Assembly (NCBI RefSeq): GCF_001194135.2
Contig: NC_068987.1
Coordinates: forward strand, 106,578,414-106,642,413
Source of the DNA: Octopus bimaculoides
Lineage: Eukaryota
Direction of reading: 5' to 3'
DNA length: 64,000 nt
A program made the position numbers and the translations under genes. Shown in pieces: positions 55,030-64,000 of this stretch. Numbering within the stretch: the first letter of the stretch is position 1; every line of letters starts with the position of its first letter. The notes beneath the pieces were generated by a model, which had not been told where the DNA came from, ran no database searches, and saw only the letters and a list, made by a program, of their open reading frames with translations.

Positions 55030-56252
55030 NNNNNNNNNNNNNNNNNNNNNNNNNNNNNNNNNNNNNNNNNNNNNNNNNNNNNNNNNNNNNNNNNNNNNNN
55101 NNNNNNNNNNNNNNNNNNNNNNNNNNNNNNNNNNNNNNNNNNNNNNNNNNNNNNNNNNNNNNNNNNNNNNNNNNNNNNNNNNNNNNNNNNNNNNNNNNNN
55201 NNNNNNNNNNNNNNNNNNNNNNNNNNNNNNNNNNNNNNNNNNNNNNNNNNNNNNNNNNNNNNNNNNNNNNNNNNNNNNNNNNNNNNNNNNNNNNNNNNNN
55301 NNNNNNNNNNNNNNNNNNNNNNNNNNNNNNNNNNNNNNNNNNNNNNNNNNNNNNNNNNNNNNNNNNNNNNNNNNNNNNNNNNNNNNNNNNNNNNNNNNNN
55401 NNNNNNNNNNNNNNNNNNNNNNNNNNNNNNNNNNNNNNNNNNNNNNNNNNNNNNNNNNNNNNNNNNNNNNNNNNNNNNNNNNNNNNNNNNNNNNNNNNNN
55501 NNNNNNNNNNNNTATATATATATATATATATATCTGCATGCATGTATGTATGTACGTACTTATGCGTGTTTTTTGTGTTGGTGTATAAGTCGGTGTTTCA
55601 TTAAATCGTTGCACATCCTACAGTAAACCATAATTCCTCAGCGTATAAATATCCATTCTCCTAGCTACTGATTTACAGTTTCTTTGAAACTGATCAAACA
55701 AAACTCTCGAGAGAGGAGTAAGAGTGGGAATGTGCTTTTTACTAAGTGGACCTCTTTCACTAATCACCTGTCTTCAAGCTGACCATCGGGGAGCTAATAA
55801 AAAAATGCCTTCTCTAAGGTCACCTTTCAAATGTTCAGTTTTCTGTAATTGCAGGCATTTATTCTGATTAATCACCCTACGTTTCAATCAACTTTGTAAC
55901 ACGTTCTCAAGATGTAATTTCAACTGTGTATGACTGTAAATCCTATTGATTACAACGACCCACTGAAAAAGGCACCTCAAATTTTCGTCGTATTTAAACG
56001 ACCTCTTAAGCACACTTGCTCAACAAATCACTCGCTAGGTCTTCTTTTTCCTCGGTAGTCCTTCCAAAACGAGTTCATATCAACGCCAAAATATTAGTCT
56101 TAGCATATTCTAGTCAATATAAACGACCATTTGAAAATGAATTTCATGGCATTGATTAGCGTATAAATCAATAAATAAAAAGTTTTTAGCTTATAAACTT
56201 TTCAAATTTTGAGTATTTTAGCGAAACGTAAGTTACAAACGCATTCATGCCT

Positions 56253-56266
56253 GTTTCCATAGTAAC
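56253..56266. promoter_or_regulatory. RFX X-box-like palindrome GTTTCCATAGTAAC
   Basis: Near match to the GTTNCCATRGYAAC X-box pattern, with a CACGTG E-box at 56303-56308. This is a motif match only. Confidence 0.25.
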
Positions 56267-57257
56267 AAGTCAAGCATGAGAACACTTTTGTCTGCGAGAG
56301 AGCACGTGTTGAAAAGTATATGCTACGCAAAATGTGCTCGTCTGCTACTTGTACCCTGGTCGAAAGATGTGCATTTAAAAATCAGTTAATAGGCCTTAAT
56401 TCACGCACCCTCAACTTATTTTGTGTATGGGGGGGGGTGCATTATCGTATGAATTCCCGAGTGTAGAATACAAATTTGCAAATATTTTATGAAAATCACA
56501 AAGAGTAAAAGGTTTATGAGTGGTTATATGTTGTGCGTAAAGCAGAGGTGGATTTATTTACAGTTCCATATTAGAACATGTGGTATTTTTAGAATATTGA
56601 CAACTCGTGCTGTTATGCACAATATGACAAGCTTCCAAATCCTGTTTTCCGACTGGGTGAAAATTATCATATTTGAAACCTATGTAAGCTTTTTGCTGGA
56701 AAACAGTAAAATAGCTCTTGAGAATAAGCTTGGAAAACGACATTATTACATCAAATTTTAAAATTTTCAATAAATTTGAATTTTTTACAGCTGGGGCCAA
56801 ATAGAAAAAAAAATGCTTCATGTATACGAACACAGCGAACCTTGTCATTATTTCATTCAATAGAAAGAAAGGTGAATTTTAAATGTGGGTTCTACTTGTA
56901 CAGCAGAAGTAAACATCTGTTGGTCACATAGACATATGTCTGTATATTTACTGATATAAATATCATAATGCCTCATTAATTGACATGATTAATACATGTG
57001 GATGAAGGGAAGCGGGCATATGTATATATGTGCATATTTACCTATATATTTCTATCTATCTATCGGTGTGTGTATAAAATATATACATACAATATATAAT
57101 ATATACTTATATACGTATTTATATATATGCATATATAAACACACACTAAGGCACTACATGAGCACACTCATCGTTAAAAATAGAAGTCAACTGCCACACG
57201 TGATGGTATTTTAATTATACCATCCCTTCTTATATTATATGTATATATATATATATG

Positions 57258-57352
<95 letters not shown>

Positions 57353-58110
57353 GTGTGTGTGTGTGTGTATATATATGTATATATGTGCACATGTATACAC
57401 ATACACACACATACATACATGCGTGCATTCATACATACATACATACATACATACATGCATACATACATACATATATCCATTCGTACATACATCCATGTAT
57501 TTATATACACTTCCTGCAAGTGGAAAATAGATCCGCCCCTGAAATACAAACTTGAAAACAACAAATTAACATGTTTACATATATACAAATATATATATAC
57601 ACGCAAGCATAAGTATACTTACAAAACACACCCGCACACACAAATACACCCGCTCCCACACAAACTGGTAAGAATGAGACAGAGAGAAGGGAATAGTGTT
57701 TCTATTGGATTATATGGAAATAAAAAATGCTTAGGTCAGCATAATATAAATTAAGATATATGGAATAACGAATAGCCAGCTCATACGAAACACTCACATA
57801 CACACACTGCGCCCACACTGCTATGTCACTCAAAAAGATAAAATAGAAAACAGAATGTAATAATACGAAGAAAAGAAAAAAAAACAGATACAAATACAAT
57901 GAGACTAGGGAAATAATATATTAAAACAAGTCTTCTAAGAGTCTTTTTTTCTGGGTGGAGGATACGGGAGGAATGGAAAAGCTTGACAGCATTTGCTATA
58001 GAGATAATTCCAGAGTTTAAGACCTCCTTAATCTGATGGCGATAACAGACGGAGGGGCGTAGAAATGTCGGCAAATCTGTAGAATACATGGGTGTATAGT
58101 TACACACAAA

Positions 58111-58167
<57 letters not shown>

Positions 58168-58180
58168 ATATACTCACATA

Positions 58181-58315
58181 CATACATCCGTTCATACAAG
58201 TACACACATACATCCGTACATTCAAGAATATTTACATACATCCGTTCATACATGTACACACATACATCCGTAAATTCAAGAATATTTACATACATCCGTA
58301 CATACATGTAGACAC
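58181..58315. repeat. 54-bp minisatellite, ~2.5 copies
   Basis: The unit catacatccgttcatacaagtacacacatacatccgtacattcaagaatattta occurs at 58181, 58235 and partially at 58289. Confidence 0.9.
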
Positions 58316-59246
58316 ACACGCTCACTTGCACACACGCATATATATCAGGCATGGTTTGAATGAATAGGAAGACACAACGATGTGGATGTGTGAGTTCATA
58401 GCAAGGTGGAAGTTTTATAGAGAAAATATAAAATGCTAGTAAGTTTTCCTTTCTGGTGTGGTTTATATCAATTTTCTCGATTTGTTTGTTGGCTATATAA
58501 GGTTTCCATTATTCGTTGTTGCTTTCGTTTTTATTCTTGATGTTGATAGCGGTGGCAGTGGCAATAGTGGTCGAGACATCGGTAATTTTGAAATGTTGGT
58601 GTTGTTCTTGTAGCCGTTATTTCACATAGGTCTGCTAAATGATGAGAGGCTTTCAGTTCTGAATTATTCTGTCATATATTCCAGAAACAGAGTATCTAAG
58701 ACTACATCATTCATTGTGCCCTTCCTGTTTTGAGGGGATGGGTGTGACTACGATAATTTTTTTTCTTAAAGTTTACCGTTTGAGATATTGCTTTAATGGT
58801 ATTTTTGTTGTATTTATGAGTCACTGATCAGCTCTGAGCTAGCAGTTGTTGTACCAATGCGACATCCGGCCCTAATAATGGGATTATATATCTAATAGTA
58901 CATTATGCGACGTCGTAGTTTTGTTATACATTTGTTTTCATATCATATTGAATAATAATACGAGTTTCATGTGATCAATATTGCCAACATCAGAAATTAT
59001 GGGACAGGAAATGCAGAACGATTATAAATATCAAAATTCGAAAAATCATTGCGGTTTATTTGACATTAATTTCATCCAAGAGAAACCCGAATGATTTTTA
59101 GAGGACATTTAGAGGAGGTAAGATATCTCTCCTTGTTCGATACCCCTGTAATATTGAGATTCCTACATAGCAATCTTGTTAAAAAATGTTTCCCTCGGAT
59201 GTGAGATTAATTAAAATTTAATTATAATGGTGTACACTATGTGGAT

Positions 59247-59320
59247 CTCCGCCCCGACGTGAATTTTGTTGGTGTAGCATCGATATAACGGAATAATTTA
59301 TCGGCTGGGCGGCCGGAAGT
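59247..59320. promoter_or_regulatory. Small CpG-rich cluster with GC boxes and an ETS motif
   Basis: CTCCGCCCC (59247-59255), GGGCGG (59307-59312) and CCGGAAGT (59313-59320) lie within about 75 bp of otherwise AT-rich DNA. This is a motif match only. Confidence 0.3.
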
Positions 59321-59963
59321 TTTGCACACTATATTTTCCAGTTTACTGAAAAGGCAATTAAATCGATTTCTACAGTTACACATACCATCAGATTTGCGAG
59401 GGAGCAAAGAATCATTAGTTGCATTGAAACTAAAGCTACTGGTATAAAGTAAAAAGAAAAACAGATGAAATAGGAGGATAATCGACTCACGCATATAGAG
59501 TAGGATGAAACCAATACATCAAAATGATTTACATGAGAGGCACCTGTCATGGGTTACCCCTTTAGAATATTTCATTAAAAGAAATATAAATATGTCACCT
59601 TCGCAGTGTTTCCTGTTTATTTGGATGGAATATTCTAATTTTTTATTATATGAGATTTGATGTGTATATTAATACATTCATTGAGTGAATTTAATGCTAC
59701 CTTTAGAATTTTAAAAATATTCACCATATATAACATGACGCTATTTTTGTAATTTGTGGAATGAAAAGGGCAATTATTTGCATACTTGTCATGTTGGTTA
59801 CAATCGAAATCTTCAGCCTTATAAATATTGTATATACCAAACACCTTATACAGAATATCAAGAAAAGTTACATCAAAGACATTTTTTCGTTATAATTTTA
59901 CAGTTGGTTGTAAAGCATAATGATCTGGTTACAATGATCGACATATATACATATATATAGATA

Positions 59964-60505
59964 TGCGAGGTCTGATCATTAAGTAAGGAAGCTAAAGTAC
60001 GCAGTGAAACTCCACTTGGCAAAGATTGACAGTGAGATTTGCTGTGCATGTGCAATAGATTTTAACGTTCTAGTTCACTTCGGCTGGTAAGGGTTAGTGA
60101 AAGTTGTCATCACGATACCTGATGAAAGGCCTACACAAGTTACAGTAAGTATGCGGAGAGGAGTGTATGAGCCGCACACAAGTATGAGTAATTCAGACGT
60201 TTCCAAGATGGCCGAAAATGTCGTTATTGACGAACGTTCTGGGAGACACACAATCGGCAGAATTGAGAAAAACATCCCAGATGTACGTGCAGCTGTGACG
60301 GGAAATCGTCGAATCACCATCCGAGAGTTATCAGAGAATGTGCAGATTAGTTACGGTTCAGACCAGTCAATTATCACAGAAGATTTGAGGTATGAGACGT
60401 GTGTCTGCCAAGTTTGTGCCAAACCTCAGCTGACCAAAAAGACGCTCGGGTTTCAGTTGCGCAAGATCTACTTGATTGTGTCGAGAAAGAAGAAATCCTT
60501 TTGAA
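59964..60505 (+). mobile_element. 5' half of a second, different mariner/Tc1-family transposon relic
   Basis: TIR-like ta-tgcgaggtctgatcattaagt. The frameshifted N-terminal HTH region reads GEECMSRTQV..FRRFQDGR..DERSGR..NRRITIRELSE..ISYGS.QSIITEDL/GMRRVSAKFVP (ATG of MRRV at 60392). No catalytic domain or right TIR is seen. Confidence 0.82.
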
Positions 60506-61136
60506 AACTTTGCGTAGGCCTCTGAGCAATTACCGCAAAGCTTTTGGCAAAATTTGATGCAGATTTATTGGTGCAGATGTATTTCACATATTTTAACTTT
60601 TAGATTTAAATTCACTGCAGTTGCCGCAAAATAGTTCCTAAATTATGATAAGAGATATCCCACCCACTAAAAAAAGAACACCGTATTTGCCCATTGCTTA
60701 CTTCTGGCAGATACCCAGACGTGCGTTTCTGGATCGTTGACATATTTCCTACGAAATACCTCAGAGACATAAGCACCTGGGAGGATTTAAAGCCGTAGAT
60801 TTATCTAAAATTAGTCACCATTAGCGTCCGAGCTTCGCTAGAGGACCGTCAGGTCGAAATAAAATCAACAGACTCAGCGCAAAGATGTGATGAAGAATAA
60901 AATTCCTTTGGTGAGATATTCTCAATTATAAAAGGAAATTCACTGGAGTTAATGTGGAAAGAAACGTCTCTTATTCATGAACACATGAACACGTGCGCGG
61001 GCGCACACACACACACACACACACATATACATATATATAGGGAGAGACAGGCAGACAGAGAGACGGTGTGAGACAGAGATTGAGCGATATAGATAAACGT
61101 ATATATACACAAACGCACACACCTTCACACATGTAT

Positions 61137-61193
<57 letters not shown>

Positions 61194-61397
61194 GACAGAC
61201 AGACAGACAGTGTGAGAAAGAGATAGATAAGTATAGATACAGGTCTACATATACACACACAAGCACTCTCTCTCTCNNNNNNNNNNNNNNNNNNNNNNNN
61301 NNNNNNNNNNNNNNNNNNNNNNNNNNNNNNNNNNNNNNNNNNNNNNNNNNNNNNNNNNNNNNNNNNNNNNNNNNNNNNNNNNNNNNNNNNNNNNNNN

Positions 61398-61437
<40 letters not shown>

Positions 61438-61607
61438 GAGAGGGAGAGAGAGAAAGAGACTATATGAGACAGAAATAGATATAGGTGCACATATAATACA
61501 AACACACACTCATACACACACACACACACACATACACACACACACAGACACACACATATATATGTATATATGTATGCAGGCATCATCCGTGACTCTACAT
61601 GTGATTC

Positions 61608-61620
61608 TATCTATCTATCC

Positions 61621-61683
<63 letters not shown>
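61608..61683. repeat. (ATCT)n tetranucleotide microsatellite
   Basis: Seen directly. Confidence 0.95.
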
Positions 61684-61684
<1 letters not shown>

Positions 61685-62084
61685 CTGTCTATCTCTATCT
61701 ATCTTTACTTGACACTGTATGTATGTGTGTGTCTATGAGCTGACAGAGTAAGTATACGTCAGGTGAATATGAAATTGTAACCTCTAACAAATTTTGGAAG
61801 CCTCCCAAAATCCGGTGCTAATACCGTCAATTGCTCGTACGTTCGAGGTAAATTTGCTGTAACTGCTGGGCTTCCAGTTAAGGAGTTGCCGTATGGATTA
61901 TCGATTTTAGCAAATGCCATTCTCTAATTCTTTCCTGTCATTGAAGACGATAAATTGTTTCGCAATTAAGAAAAGCGCTTATCAATTACCTGCTGTTACA
62001 ACGGCCATTGCTGCAGCTCAGCCAACAGATGTACTTTTTCTCCGTTTTCTCCGTTTTACGTCTATTTTAATTCTTTATCTTGTT

Positions 62085-62235
62085 GGTGTTGTTGTTGTTG
62101 TTGCTGTTGCTCTTGTTATTGTTGCAGTTGTCCTGGTTGATCCTGCCATGTTGATGTTGTCCTCCACCATGTTAAAATTATCCTCTCTGCACGCTCTCCA
62201 CCCAATTTCTTAGCTTCATTCTTTATTTGCTTATT

Positions 62236-62298
<63 letters not shown>

Positions 62299-63146
62299 CA
62301 GTATTTTCATCATCATCATCATCGTTGTCATCGTTCTCCTCTTCATCCTCCTCCCCTCCTCTTCATCCTCCTCCCCTCCACTTCCTCCTCCTTCTCCTCT
62401 TCTTCTTCCTCCTTCTCCCCTTCTTCTTCCTCCTCTTCCTCCTTCCCTCTTCCTCCCATCTTCCTCCACTTCCTCATTCTTGTCCTCTTCCTCCATTTCC
62501 TCCTCCTATCTTCCTCCACTCCCTCCGCTTCATTTTCCTCCCCTTCTCTTCTTTCTTCTCTTCTTCCTCTGCTCCCTCCTCTGCTTCGTCTTTTTCCCCT
62601 TTTCTTTTCCTTTCCCTTCTTCGTCCTCCTCTTTGGCTGCCTCCTTCTCTTCCACCTCCTTTTCCTCCTCCTCCTCCACCACTTCCTCCTCCTCCACCTC
62701 TTCCTTCTCTCTGTCTTCCTTCTCTCTGTCTTCCTTCTCTTTGCCTTCCTCCTCTTCCTTCTCCTCCTCTTCCTCCTCTTCATCTTCCTCCTCTTCCTCC
62801 TCCTCTTCATCTTCCTCCTCCCTTCCATCTTCTTCCTCCCTTCCATCTTCCTCCTCCTCCTCATCCTTTTCGGCATCGTCATCATCATCATCGTCATTAT
62901 CACCATCGCCTCCCTCATTATTGTCACCATCAAATTTCACTCCAGTCTTATCCATTTCATCAAGATACTCACAGTTATCGTCGTAAATTTTACCAGGACT
63001 AACATTATCTCATAGTTGGCAACCTTATCCTCCTCCACGTCGTCCTCCTCCACGTCGTCCTCCTCCACGTCGTCCTCCTCCACGTCGTCCTCCTCCACGT
63101 CGTCCTCCTCCACGTCGTCCTCCTCCACGTCGTCCTCCTCCTCCTT

Positions 63147-63180
<34 letters not shown>

Positions 63181-63375
63181 TCATCATCATCAAGAACTAC
63201 ACCATCACCATCATTACTATTGCCATCGTCGCTCACACCACCATCACAAAATTCACCACCACTAATTTCAATGTCGTCATCGTCATTCACGTATTTATAT
63301 TGGTGATCATTATCAAAACCAACAGTGTACCCGCCAATATCATTTTCACCGTTCTCGTCGTTGCCTTCATCATTC
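62085..63375. repeat. 1.3-kb pyrimidine-rich low-complexity mosaic (TTTC, CCT, CTT, CAT, GTC) with a 7x15-bp perfect repeat at 63031-63135
   Basis: Seen directly. It explains the many long overlapping ORFs on both strands. Confidence 0.9.
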
Positions 63376-63377
63376 AA

Positions 63378-64000
63378 AATAATAATAATAATAATAATAA
63401 TAATAATTAATTCGTTTTATTGGTGACACGGGCTAATATCAATTAAAAACATGTAAGGACAAAGCCAGGACGGAGGTTACAAAAGGTTTTGTCCGAAAAG
63501 GTAGGAAAGTTCGTCTAAGAAGAAAACGGAGAAAGATATAACAAATAAATAGATAAATAAATAAATAGATAAATAAATAAATAGAACTCCTTTTACATTA
63601 CCTTTTTTTTTCTCTACAGGTGTATTCTCAGAATTGGTCCGTTTATATTGACCATTCTTCCAACAGTCACCCTATGAGACAGCACTTCCCTCTCTACTCT
63701 CATCTTCCTTTTCAAGTGGAACTTGAAAAAGTTGATGAGGCCTTGGCCAAAGAGGAAAGTGTCTGTCTTTAGCCCTTTCAAACGGGTCCACCATATTACC
63801 TCTTTCGCTACAGCCACTAGGCATAGGAAAATTGCCTTGTCCTCCCGGTTAAAGGAGGTCGGGGGCGGGGGGGGGTCAATCCTCACGATGGATTCAGCTG
63901 ATAGCCGGATCCGTCCTACACGTGACAGTAGCTGTTCTATATAAACCCACAGGTCAGCAATGCTCGGGTACTGGACGAGTGCGTGCAGAACGGTTTCGTC
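63378..64000 (-). mobile_element. 3' end of an L1/Tx1-like LINE (ORF2 C-terminus, 3' UTR, AATAAA, (ATT)n tail); continues beyond the window
   Basis: One open minus frame runs from 64000 to the stop at 63614-63616: DETVLHALVQYPSIADLWVYIEQLL..IFLCLVAVAKEVIWWTRLKG..LINFFKFHLKRKMRVERE. ET..H....C(Y)P....W is the end of the L1/Tx1 zinc knuckle. AATAAA is at 63416-63421 (minus) and (AAT)10 at 63378-63407. Confidence 0.78.

Noticed and set aside
59237-59494. Minus-strand 85-aa ORF with an apparent signal peptide and cysteines
   Set aside because: The hydrophobic N-terminus is simply a polypyrimidine tract. The flanking splice-like sites imply implausibly short (40-55 nt) introns.
61759-61920. Minus-strand 53-aa ORF MAFAKIDNPYGNSLTGSPAV...
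   Set aside because: It is short, unrecognised and has no supporting context.
62116-63306. Long overlapping ORFs (up to 262 aa) on both strands
   Set aside because: Multiple frames are open only because the tract is low-complexity pyrimidine/purine DNA.
63620-64000. Plus-strand exon after a strong tttttctctacag acceptor, with TAG/TGA stops that A-to-I editing might recode to Trp
   Set aside because: It is the antisense of the Tx1-like ORF2, which explains the sequence fully. The acceptor is the LINE's stop codon plus an A-rich UTR read backwards.

Overview
This is AT-rich eukaryotic, probably intronic or intergenic DNA from a gapped draft assembly. It has 13 N-gaps totalling about 5.0 kb: 274-982, 1967-2479, 23791-23937, 25077-25334, 26378-26656, 27804-28263, 35739-36070, 37055-37267, 38418-38524, 42223-43031, 53498-54098, 55030-55511 and 61277-61397. 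Twelve of them abut (AT)n/(CA)n/(CT)n tracts. The microsatellite density and the tRNA-derived SINE families resemble those I recall from Octopus genomes; the taxon is an inference, not checked. I found no host protein-coding exon that I can name, and almost all ORFs in the supplied track are artefacts of microsatellites, low-complexity trinucleotide tracts or N-runs. The recognisable content is transposon-derived. (1) About 15 SINE copies or fragments from several modular families, including a head-to-tail tandem array. (2) A decayed R4/Dong-like LINE with restriction-like endonuclease, interrupted by a rearranged mariner (18.4-20.2 kb). (3) A probable Penelope GIY-YIG remnant. (4) A fold-back array of a ~350-bp unit (21.3-22.1 kb). 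(5) A second mariner 5' half (60 kb). (6) The 3' end of an L1/Tx1-like LINE running off the right edge. The most unusual local structures are a minimal hammerhead-like motif with a non-canonical core (7841-7880, minus strand), a perfect 40-bp-arm palindrome (27669-27756) and several inverted repeats able to form long dsRNA. I see no evidence for CRISPR, prokaryotic genes or a clearly new biological system.
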